Shown here piece by piece: positions 14,401 through 25,798 of a stretch of DNA of 64,000 bases. Origin of the DNA: Ginglymostoma cirratum (lineage: Eukaryota). Within the stretch, counting starts at the first letter, position 1; each line of letters opens with the position of its first letter. The stretch spans positions 4,340,134 through 4,404,133 of the forward strand of contig JAHRHZ010000082.1 in assembly GCA_024137785.1 (NCBI GenBank). Direction: 5' to 3'. The position numbers and the translations under genes were made by a program. Under the pieces are notes generated by a model, which saw only the letters and a list, made by a program, of their open reading frames with translations, had not been told where the DNA came from and searched no databases.

Positions 14401-17400
14401 AATGAGGACTCCACTAATACAGTTTAGGCAGCCACATGCTTCATAGGAGCAGGCCCTGGCATGTCGGAGCCAGCTGGCAAATTGTCAAACTGGATTTGGG
14501 CTTGATGCCAGTACTCAATGCACAGTGCCAACATTGCCTGTCTTTCTGTCTATCATTGAACTGACTTCACGAGCTGGTGTGTCTGAGGAGTTAAGAATCT
14601 TGTATCAATCCTTTAACCCTTTGATAACCAATATCAAAATAGCCAGGCACACATGAAAAAATGGTATGAAAAATAGAATAAAAATAAATTTGACTTTTAC
14701 ACGATATATATCACTTTGTTTGGTTCTACGTAAGCGAGCTGTAAAATTTATTGCATGTTTCCTGTGTCTTAAATAGGCTGTAAAAGTAAAAGAAGCGCAA
14801 ATAGAAAAGAATACAGAGCTGTTGCCATACTTTATCCAAGTCTAAATCTGTAAGGTTTTAAAATGGCCTAAGAAATTTGGTAGCTCACACACAGTTGAGC
14901 TTGGATTTCAATCTCATTACTTAGTAAACCAACAATTTTTGAGGTAATTATTTTGGATTCCAGAGGTAGAACACTTTGCTAAAGTAGGATCCGTATTTCA
15001 CCAAGAAGAGTGAACTTATCCAACCAAGGTAAAGGATTACTGAATACTTTTGAGGTCCACAGTACACAGGGAATACGCGTCTGCTGATAATGTGTCAGTG
15101 GAGCATTTGGGATCCACTTGTGATGCTTTACTTGGTCATTCTGATCTTTCACCCACTTTCACCCACATTTTTCAAACTGGAACTTTTTATTATTAGTATT
15201 GAAGTAATAGGATCACATACTAGAGACAGCATCATTACTTTTCAACATGAAAGTAGCCACTGTAGGGAAGAAACCAAATCACGTAACGTAGTTACAAATT
15301 ATTGTGAGCTGCTACTTGTACTTCTGGTTTGGAAGAATACAAATCACTTAATCCTGAGCCTTACAGAAATCTGGCAACCTTTTCCACCCAAGATGTAAAT
15401 ATTGGTTGATCATTGGACTACCAAACAGCTTGATTATTAATGTTAAGTGTGCTGAATTAACTGTAAATTCTCTTGTTTCTTTAAAAGATAACAAATAAAT
15501 GACAATATGGTGCATTAATAAAAATCATTTTTTTGTACAGTAGTAGCTTTAGTTAAAAGTGATGGCTGAGGACCAGAGTCCAGTGGACTAATATTTTCAG
15601 ATTCAGCTGATCATAGAACAATGGTAAGGAAATATGTACCTACTTTATGTTTTTACATTTTGATATCAAGAAACAGAGCTTAGTTGTTCATCAAGGGATC
15701 AGTTATTGTTTATACTGACCATTCTAGTCTCTGCAGTTCTATAAGAGGTTAAACAGGTCAACAGTGCAAAGATATTTCAGACCAGTAGAAAGGCTTCAGT
15801 GTTCTTATAATATTACTGCCCTAGTGATTGAATGACATTGTGAACATGTGTCTAGCAGTCCTGTGGATTGAATCTAATAACAGTACATTGTAACTTAGGC
15901 TTTGAGGTTTCTCTATTGCACTTACATTAATCTTTACAACATCACGACACATGTTTGGTCGGGGAAGCATTCAGAAGATTAAACTGGAAAAAAATACTTC
16001 ACTGCACAAATTTAATTTAGCTTTGTTAAAAATGTTTGTGGTTTTAAATTTTTTGATATGTAATTGGATCATTTTTGCACTGGACGTATTGGTCCAGCAT
16101 TCAAAGAGCAATAAACAAGCTGCTCACTGCTCTCACTTTAAAAATATCCGTGCCAATTTGTCCAATTTGGCACAGTGGAAAGAAGATAGGGAAGTGATGC
16201 TGTTTTATGGGAATACAGTGGGTCTGTGCATTTGCCAGTTTATACCTGACCTCGGAATGCTTTCCACACGGCACAAAATGAATCAGTGCATTGAAGGGAC
16301 TGAACAGTGCCAAAGAACAAATAAAGCAATGTTAGACAAGTAAATATTTAGTGATACGATCAGTTAGATAACTCCCCTGAAGTAACTTCTTCTCTGACTC
16401 TCTAATGCAAACAAACCCCCTGTTTTACTGATAGTGAAGGAATTGATTAATATCAATTAATTAATATTTCCACTTACATTTTCAAAGTATAGCACCTTTT
16501 CAAAATTAGATGTAATATATGAATTTGTGGCAGTCAGGAATTTTGTGTGAAATCTCAAAGATTGATATGTTTTAGAAATAAACTTAGATACTTTAGAAAA
16601 TTATACATTAAATCTTACTAAAAGTGAATCCATTTTCTTAAACTGAGCACCAACTGCACACGCTTCTCAAGTTCCTGCGGGATACGCTTCCTTATTGATT
16701 TGCAATAGCTCTAACTTATAATCTTTGTCTGTTTTGTTGTGCACTTGACACTTGATACTTTATTGCAGTTTTCCACAAGTCCTATATCCGAGATAGATCA
16801 TGCTGTAATTTGTACTATTTGATGTAATTTTGATCAGCAATTTGAGAGGAATGACTGTATGATTACTTCTAGAGAAACCATTCCATCTTGATTGAAAACA
16901 AATGTTTCTAATAATAAAAATGATAACTTTTATGAGGCTTTTATACCTCTATGAGGGATCTTCTCACAATAAAAACTTTTTCTGACACCACTGTCACCAG
17001 AATCTCAATTGACTTCCTTGTCAAACTCTACATCACTGATGTGTTGCCTTGCCAATCATTAACCTCAGTGTTTATAAACTAACCCTGAAACCCTCATTCT
17101 CCCTGTCCTCTGAATTCTCTGCCATGACCCCACTGATCATTAGCCTTCACAAAAACCCTTCTATCCTCATCCTGACCTCATGCTCCTACTACATTATCTC
17201 CAAGGCAGCAATTTCTGTCGTGACTGTTTATTATCACTTGCTTCTTTTCTTTATTGTCCACATTTTCTTGCCTCTATCTTCATGTTCCATCCCTGAAGAG
17301 CACATCCATCAGCTGCTTTACTAGTTTGCTTGCAACTCCATCTCCTCTAGTCCTCTCAATATCGCTGCTCCTATTAACTTACTCAGTTAACTTCTGTACT

Positions 17401-17403
17401 TTG

Positions 17404-17845
17404 AAAGAATGAAAGAGAATCTATATGGTGCAAATCACAATCTCTGGACATCCCAAAGTGTTCCCTTAGTAACAATATACTTTTGAAGTGAGCTATATGT
17501 TGTATTGTGGGTTCCAAAACAGCTAATATGCATGCAGCAAGTTCCTACATGCAGCAATGTGATAGTGACCAAAGAGTCTGCTTTTATTGATGATGGTTGA
17601 AGGATAAGTATTGGGCATGGTACTGAGGATAATACTCCTTCACTTTTTCATAGTAGTGCCACAGAATATTTCACCCCATCTAGTGGGCCTGGTATGCCTT
17701 TAGTTTAATACCTCATTGAAAGGCAGTTGACAATACAGACTCTCCTGTGGTGGGTCATCCTGGATTTTTGGGCTCTGGTCTCTGGAGAGGGATTTGAACC
17801 CACACCTTCCTCGACAAAACTGATACCAACTGAGCCACAGATGAC
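17404..17845 (-). mobile_element. tRNA-derived Deu-domain SINE (SacSINE1-like), decayed
   Basis: Same layout as 1735-2176 (catcccaaagtg...cagcaatgtgata...gggatttgaacccac...ccaactgagccacag). Confidence 0.7.
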
Positions 17846-20372
17846 GTATGCTGTATAAGTGAAATTTATTGTTGTCTCATGAATAAAACACATGGGATTC
17901 ATTGAAGCATCACCTACAATACTTCGACCATCAAATCACCATATTTGGGACATGTTCCTTTAAAGATATTGCATTGCTAAACAATACAACAGAATGAATG
18001 AAAGTTTTTTTTGAACTCATGTTAGAGTAAATTCAATTCATAAATAGCACATTTTCCTTGAATTTGAGGGAATTATTAATGAGCAACAAATGTTCGCCTC
18101 GCCAATAATGCCCAAATCTTCCAAAAAGAACAGACCGATTCAGTAACCAATGGGTTAATAAATTTAAATGAAATTGCTGAATCCACTTAAACAAAGGCTG
18201 TAGCTGATGATAACATGTGAACATATTTGTTGCTAATATATAGCACAGTGCAATTTCATGTTATTAGTGCCTTTGAAGCTTCAAGGAGTAAAATGCTCTG
18301 TTTTCATTGACTGGTCAAATCAGTTGGAGGACTGTCTCTTTTAATGAGGGCAGCCAAGGTGGGGTTTGTCATCGATACAATCTCAATACTGCCAAACTAA
18401 TGGCGGGAAACATTTAAATACATCTAAAACTGATTGTTCAATAAATAGAATTACAGTATTATTACAAACATGAAGGTGAGTCATAAGTGAGATAATGAAT
18501 TTGAATTTTTAATCTGAGAGATCAGATATTCCACCACATGAGGTGTATGATATCAGGCAGAGAAACTGCTCAAAATAACTGGTTCAATGGAAAAGCACAT
18601 CTCAATAAATACAATCACATTTAAGATTGATATATTTTATCTCTAATATTAGTGAACAGAGGAAGATCTGTCTGTCTGCCCTGTTTTCTAATCCCATTTT
18701 CTGTACAGTTTCTCCTTCAATTCTTGCTCTCAAAAGACAGTATATCTCTCTCGAATTCATGCCCATATTTCTTCTGTGATGCTTTCATTCAGCTGGCATT
18801 ACAAGAGTGCCATTCATCAGTTCCTCCTCTCCCTTCTATTTCTCCTTCACCTCTTGAACGTTGATCTCAGATATTGAAAGTGACATCAGAATTTTACCTT
18901 GTTTGAAATGGGAAATGTGTATGAAGTGAAAAAAATGGATTGAATGTAAAATATCCAACATTCAGCAACCTAGTGCAGCTGGTGTTGAAGGATTGCTTCC
19001 CAATCAATGGGTCTAATATAAGCCCCTGGAATTCTTGTGACTGAAGTTACTTCCATTGCTTTTGGTAAAGTGGCTGAGAATTACAGTGCAAGACACCTGC
19101 GGGGGTGAAGGAGTGGAGGGGAACTATGTTATCTGTCCCTTCCAGCTATGCACATCAGTTTGCATGTTCATGGCATAGCATTAATAGCAATGGTTAAAGG
19201 TGCCTTAACCTGACCTCTGTTGCCTTACCAATAGGGATGGTTTTAAAGGTATTAGACATAAAAAAAATCATGAAACTGACATGTATGATAGGGCGCTTTG
19301 GCTCTGAAGTTTATAAAATTTTTGACTAGATTGAGAATATTTTCAATTGGAAGGTGAGGCTCGTAAAAGTTAAATGCTTTTTTTTCTGTAACTCCATTTT
19401 GTCTAAAATACCTTCATTGTGAGGAAACAACGAGGACCAAGGATTTGCTTTCATTTTTCCATCACAATACCCCTGGCTGTTGGAGAAAGGGTGTCCTTTT
19501 TGTTGCGGTTCACACTACACCTGGCAAACTTTGCTGCAATTATATTAAATGATGGCTTCCTTTGGTCACATAAATATTAAAGTCAATATTCTGTCGCTGC
19601 ACTGTGTGCTACCATTTCTGTGAATCAGGAACTCACTTTAAATAGACACCCATCTCAAACAACCACTACCATTTATATGTGGCACAAATTAATAGTTAAT
19701 TGTGATTAAGGAGCAGTATGTAACAGGTCAGATTTAGTACATTGGAGGGCATTCAAATTAAAATGTGCCCTGGAGCAGTGATAGGCTATCCTTTAAAGTC
19801 ACAGTGCACCTTGTAATTAGCATTTAAGATTACAGTAAATCTTGTGAAGGCAATGTTAAAAAAAATCCACATTACAAGTAGCTAATTAAATTACAGCTGA
19901 TTAAGAGATAGTTAAATAGAAATTTACTACTTGACAGGTTCTAAATATGCACAAAACATACAGTTTGTATATATCGACACAGAAGCCAGTCTGTGAATGG
20001 AGACTCAGCAGGTCATTGATTGATTGATTGTTGTCACATGCACGAGATACAGTGAAAAGTGTTGTTTTGCGTGCTAAACAGACAGATTGTACCATACATT
20101 AGGGTAATAGAACAGAGTACAGAATACAGTGTTACAGCTGCAGAGAAGGTGCAGAGAGAGAGATCAACATTAACATTTGAGAGGTCCATTCAAAAATCTG
20201 ATAACAGCAGGGAAGAAACTGTTCTTGAATCTGTTGATACAAGTATTCAAACTCCTATATCTTCTGCTTGGAAGAGGGTGGAAGAGAAAATAACTGAGAT
20301 GGGAGGGGTCTTTATTTATGTTGGTTGCTTTCTCGAGGCAGTGGAAAGTGCAGATGGAGTCAATGGATAGTA

Positions 20373-20479
20373 TCAGAGATAAAAGGTACTGATGAAGGGT
20401 CTAGGCCCGAAACGTCAAGTTTTCCTGCTCCTATGATGCTGCTTGGCCTGCTGTGTTCATCCAGCCCCACACCTTGTTA
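20373..20479 (+). mobile_element. Miniature Penelope-like insertion with target-site duplication
   Basis: Flanked by direct repeat tcaatggatagta (20360-20372 and 20480-20492); near-identical to 23375-23468. Confidence 0.8.
20389..20416 (+). ncRNA. Minimal type I hammerhead ribozyme core (Penelope type)
   Basis: CTGATGA-A-GGGT(ctag)GCCC-GAAA-CGTC; helix I partner upstream is disrupted by the inversion junction. Confidence 0.55.
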
Positions 20480-21590
20480 TCAATGGATAGTAGGCTGGTT
20501 TGTGAGGGCTGTGTTCATGACTATGTAGTTTTATGTGGTCTTGGGAAGAGCAGTTGCCATACCACGCTGTGATGCATCCAGATAGGATGCTTTCTATGGT
20601 GCATCTATTAAAATAGGTCCTTATGGACATGCTGAATTTCCCTGGCCTCCTGAGGACGTAGAGACATTGTTGTGCCTTCTTGACATTGCGTTGACGTGGG
20701 TAGACCAGAACAGATAGTTGGCAATCATCACTCCTAGAAACTTGACCCTGTCCACCTCAGCACCAATGATGCAGACAGAGGTGTGCACTCCACTGCGCTT
20801 TCCGAAGCGAATGACCAGCTCCTTCATTTTGCTGATGCTGATGGAGAGAGTAATATCTTTGCACCATGTTGCTAACCACTCAATCTTTTTCCCGTACTCT
20901 GTCTCAGCGTTGAGATCCGACCTACAACTGTGGCAAACTTGTGAATGGAGTTGGGTCAGAATATTGCCACACAGTTGTGAGTGTATGAGGAGTACAGTAG
21001 GGGGCTGAGTATGCAGCCTTACAGCCATTCATGATCCTACTTTGTGTTTGTAATCTGCTACGTTTTAATTTCCGACATTTTATTACCACTGTTAGGTCCT
21101 GCCAAACTATGCTTCACTCTTCCTTGGTAAAAGCTACAGTTTTTCAAACACTCTGTCAACACTGCTATGTAGCCCTGCCACTAGGAGGTTCTCATGAATG
21201 TCTGAAGTTGCATTTTTCCCATTCTTCATGGGGAGCTGCTGGATGGATATTTGTTCGAGACTTTGCATTTGATGACGCAGTGAAGGGTGGCAATTTTGGA
21301 ACAGAGATCATTCATCCATTATTTAGTTAACCCGAGGCTGATCTGTATTTGAGCTCTATTAACTCACCTCATTTCCCAACTCTTAATTTACATGCTGAAC
21401 AAAAATATTTCAATTAAACTTTGTGGGGAAAATCATTAGGGATATAAATTTGAACTCCATTGCTCCAGCATATTTTCATAGTGGCGTGATGGCGACTAAG
21501 ATAATTTTTACAAGTTTCCTCAATTTGAAGATTTCCGCGATAGGTACAAGTACTTTCTTTGGGAGGATTCTGTGAATTTCATTATCATTA

Positions 21591-21663
21591 TCATCATAGA
21601 ATCCCTACAGTATGGAAACAGGCCCTTTGGCCCAACAAGTCCACACTGACCCTCAGAGCATCT
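21591..21663 (-). mobile_element. HE1-type SINE 3' tail fragment
   Basis: catagaatccctacagtatggaaacaggccctttggcccaacaag matches 53855-53925. Confidence 0.8.
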
Positions 21664-21929
21664 CTTGTTGACTTTTCAAACATGGTATTAATGTGTTCAG
21701 TCTTCTTGGGAGGTTCAGTGCCTTTTCAGTAAATTTGTATCAAATTCATGTAAGCCCTGGATCTGAGTGAATTCTTATGATGACTTCATGATAAATTTGG
21801 GGACCTTTCCAATGGAGTCAATGCTGCACCAATGGCACATGTAGTAATGGAAATGAAGACAAGTTTCAGACTTGGCACTTGCATGAAATTTGGATTCTTC
21901 TAGTCATATTCTCTCATTTTAACCAAAAA

Positions 21930-22045
21930 TTACCAGAAATCTGATTTTTTAAAAAGAAAAATATGACATTTCCGCATATACACATAGGGGTTACCAGAAA
22001 TCTGATTTTTTTAAAAACATAACATTTCCGCATTTATACATAGGG
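21930..22045. repeat. Tandem duplication of about 58 bp
   Basis: ttaccagaaatctgattttt...acatttccgcat...acataggg at 21930-21989 and 21991-22045. Confidence 0.85.
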
Positions 22046-23326
22046 ACTTATAAACGGCAGAGCTGTAACAAAAGTAGCTGCACTGATGGCTGAATTCAGA
22101 ATGGCGCCAGAAATGTTTCTGCTTCTACCAGTTGGCAAAAAACACAGGAAATACAGTGAACATTGGGGAGAAATGAAATTAAAAACAGAGGTCTCTGGGT
22201 CAGCCAGTTCTGGATTGGCAGATGACTTTGGATTTGTGGTTGGCACTGTTGGACAACTCGTGAATCTGTGCTGGTTGTAAGGAACAAACTGTGATCAAAA
22301 ACCAGGATTACGTTTGCTGATTTCTCAGAGCACAGGGCAAGTGAAAACTGCAGAAAAAAAGGCACATGCAGAACAAGAGAGACCAAAAGAGTAATATCAA
22401 TATTTCAGCATAAATTCACTAAGAAATATCACAATGCTTAGTCCTATTTAGAAAGAACGACTTAGAAGCATTTTTATTGGAGCTGCAGGAGTTAGGAGAC
22501 TTAAGTTATGATTGGTAACAAAGGATAAAATCTCTATAAATGATCTCTGGTTGACAAGTTGTGAGGCTTAAGATCATCAGTAGAATCACTTGTTCTTAAT
22601 GGTTGGGAGAGATTCAAGGGTTTCCGGCACACTTTACATTTCAGTCAATCCTTTGTGCATTGTACCTTTTTAAATTTGAAGCTTTTCCTTCAATTCTAAG
22701 CTTGCTTTTGGGGGAACTTCACAATGTTAAAATATGAAAGCAGTGTCATTGAAAATGGACAACCCTACAAGTTTTACCTCTGATCCCAATATTTCGTCCT
22801 GTGTGCCTTAAACCCATTGCAGGTAGCACAGCACATGGCTCTCTCTGTTATCATCCTCACCCAGTCATTTGCTGCATTGCTGTGTGACCCCGAATGTGTC
22901 AGGCCAGGTGGAATGGGGTTACTGTTACATAAGAAACGTTTGGGACATGACTTTTCTCGACAGAAAATAAAACATTCATCCTAACCTCCCAAGAAGAATA
23001 TTTACACCTAACTTGCAGATCTTCAAATTGAAAAATCTTAGGTGAATTGTCCCAGTTGTCACCAGGCCATCATGAAACAAAGTTTTCAAACATGGTATTA
23101 ATTAGTTCAATCTTCTTGGGAGGGTCAGTATCTTTTCTGTGAATTTGGATTCAATATGTATAAGCCCTGGACCCAAGTCAGTTCTTAAAATAAATTACGT
23201 TATCTCGGATTCTCCAGCATCTGCAGTACCTTTTATCTCTGATACAATTTCAACCCCACTGCAAAGCCTCTTCTAAGGGTGCCTACCCTGAAGAAGTTAC
23301 CCTCCTCCCTCCGGACAAACCTCAGG

Positions 23327-23336
23327 NNNNNNNNNN
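23327..23336. other. Assembly gap (10 N)
   Basis: Run of n. Confidence 1.
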
Positions 23337-23370
23337 CCCTATTTATTTCAGAACCCTCTTCCCCTCCCCC

Positions 23371-23406
23371 ATTTCTGATGAAGGGTTTAGGCCCGAAACG
23401 TCAAGT
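23371..23406 (+). ncRNA. Minimal type I hammerhead ribozyme motif (Penelope type)
   Basis: attt-CTGATGA-A-GGGT(ttag)GCCC-GAAA-CGTC-aagt; short helix I attt/aagt, palindromic ACGT helix III, predicted cleavage after C23402. Confidence 0.65.
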
Positions 23407-24764
23407 TTTCCTGCTCCTATGATGCTGCTTGGCCTGCTGTGTTCATCCAGCCCCATGCTTGTTATCTCCACAAAAAATAAGCTCCTTTTGCACAGAGCTA
23501 ATGCGACATCTATGAAACTCATAGAAATAAGAACTTTCAGATCGGACACTTGCATAAAAATTGGATTCTTTTAGTCTTATACTGCCATTTTAACCAAGCG
23601 TTAGCAGAAATCTGTGATTTCTGTAACTGCAGTGGAGCCTGGAAGGCATCAGGAATGGGTTATCCGTCATCTCAAATAAATGAATTTCCTAGCTCCTACT
23701 TTGCTTCCTCTGTGACTGGAAAGATTCCACCATTGTGTGTAAAGAAGCTAAGACACTTTTGTAGTATTCCTTATCAATGAGGATTACTGTTGCTATTCCA
23801 TAGGACTGTAGGATTGAATGCTGGTCACCTTGCTTAGAGAGTGGGAGCTGGCCGCATTCTCATAGAATGCAGGTTGCTGGGACTCCTGCAAAATTCTGAA
23901 GCGAAGGTGTAGCACATTATTCTTTTCCGGCTGTTGTACTTAGCATCTGACTAATTCCAAGTGGAATATCCAGCCCCAGTTTGGAGTACAACTGCAATTT
24001 TATCCACATTGTGAATTATTTCAGATTACTGGGCAAATGGCAAAGGTATCTACCTGTGTTCAGCTAAGCTTTGTGAATGTATAGACATGCAAAAATTGTA
24101 AAGGGGCCATACACTGAAAAAATCTACCAACCATGCACAACGAGTGAAGGAGACCCTTCTATCTGGCTTTGGGTGTGTGATTCCAGTGTAAATGCAGTCA
24201 CAGAAAGACAAGATTTCAACTGGAATAATTCAAGCAATCTAGTTCAACCCTCTGGTCACTGAGCACAAACACTGACCAAGGCACCATAGAGAGCTGATAA
24301 TCTGGTATTGTCCTACACAATGACTGGGTCAAGAAAGATGAATGTGAGAGCAAAGAGTTTGTATTCAATCCAGGTCACTGTAATGCAAAATCAATGAGAT
24401 TTACGAAGGACCAAAGCGATTCTAATGTGCTTTTATGTCCAAAAGAAGGAGTTTGAAACTTGCTGTTGTTCTGTCATAGCTCATCAAGATTCTGTCAACA
24501 CTACTTTTCTAACTTTGTAAGGACCCTGAAATCAAGGAAGAATTTTATCGTTTGATTTTTAGACCAAAGCAATAGAGACAAACAGTATTAGAAAGACTGT
24601 GAGTGAAATTTTCCTCTGAACAAAATTGTTTAATTTTTCATTTCAAATTTGACTTTAAGAGCTTTTCAACTCTGCCGTTTGCCATTCCTGATTACATGTA
24701 CTGTACCAGAGTAATGGAAGAACATTTGCTAAACTCTATATTACTCAGTATACAGTCTGCAAAT

Positions 24765-25025
24765 CGATATAGATTGGCTAAAGAAATGGGCACAGATTTG
24801 GCAGGTGGAGTCTAATGTGGAAAATATGAGCTTGTCTACTTTGGCAGGAAGAATAGAAAAGGGGAAAACAATTTAAATGGAGAGAGAATGTGTCATGCTG
24901 CAGATGACAGGGCAGATGCTGGACGGAGTTAAAGCCACTGTGAGATCTGCCATAATCTTACTGAATGGAGGAGCAGTTTAGTTGGCTGAATGACCTACTC
25001 CTGTTCCTGTTTCTTATGGTCTCAT
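24765..25025 (+). mobile_element. CR1/HER1-type LINE fragment, internally deleted, with 3' tail
   Basis: tttggcaggtggagtctaatgtggaaaatatgag (WQ.FNV.K-like) joined to tail ggctgaatgacctactcctgttcct. Confidence 0.7.
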
Positions 25026-25755
25026 CTGACTTCAGTCATAAAGATTAAAACATTGTTATTCTATAACTTGCTGATCCTTGAGCAAATGTTTAAAAATATT
25101 GAGAATTCCCCAATTCCAAATTTAGCTGGAAATAATGCTGTTTATATACCAAATATGACATGATCATACAGCAAATATGTATGTTTATTTCCCTTACCAA
25201 ATACAGTTTTTAAAAAATGTCACTGTTCATTTTAATGAGGGTGCTGTAAACACTTAAAGCTGTGTGTTTGTACTGGGATACACAGAGTTTGTTTTCTGTT
25301 TTGTGTTGAAATCAGTATCACCATTAATAGCATCTGTATTTTGGAACCAGAGAACCTTAGAAATTTACAGTACAGAAGGATAGTTGTCCCACCACGTTTG
25401 CGCAGATGCTTTGCTGAAATCAGAGATTAAGCCCTTCCGCCTTCCTGCAGTTCTACGCCTTTCTTGTTTCAAATGTTTATCTGCTCATCCGTAAGGGATA
25501 CAGTGGTCTTTGCCTCAACCATTTCCTGCAGAAAAGAATGGTGAAACAATTCCTTGTATAAAGACATTGAAGTAATTCTTCCAATTTCAAATTGGTTTGG
25601 GAGGAAAGTGCAATAGGTTTCTTCACTCAGGCTTTCCTTTTGATTTGGTAATTTGTAGAATAGTCAAATAGGCTGTCTCCACTTGCCCCAGCCAACCATA
25701 TAGAAGGGGCTAGTATCCATGGATGTCTCAGGTTTGCACTCTCTGCACCCTCCCC

Positions 25756-25756
<1 letters not shown>

Positions 25757-25796
<40 letters not shown>
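25757..25796. repeat. (AC)20 microsatellite
   Basis: Perfect AC run. Confidence 0.97.

Positions 25797-25798
<2 letters not shown>

Larger units (their letters stand above)
20015..21025 (-). mobile_element. Rex1/Babar-clade LINE 3' fragment
   Basis: ORF 20621-21028 (-) LATWCKDITLSISISKMKELVIRFGKR...GAEVDRVKFLGVMI resembles the Rex1 RT C-terminus; (aatc)n tail at about 20016-20030; interrupted by a Penelope-like insertion. Confidence 0.75.
23199..23468 (+). mobile_element. Penelope-like element spanning an assembly gap
   Basis: Starts gttatctcggattctccagcatctgcag and ends ...cttgttatctc; contains a hammerhead core; same family as 20373 and 42615. Confidence 0.75.

Noticed and set aside
15951-16343. 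130-aa ORF and other 60-147-aa intronic ORFs
   Set aside because: No recognisable domains or splice-consistent structure; expected by chance or derived from repeats.
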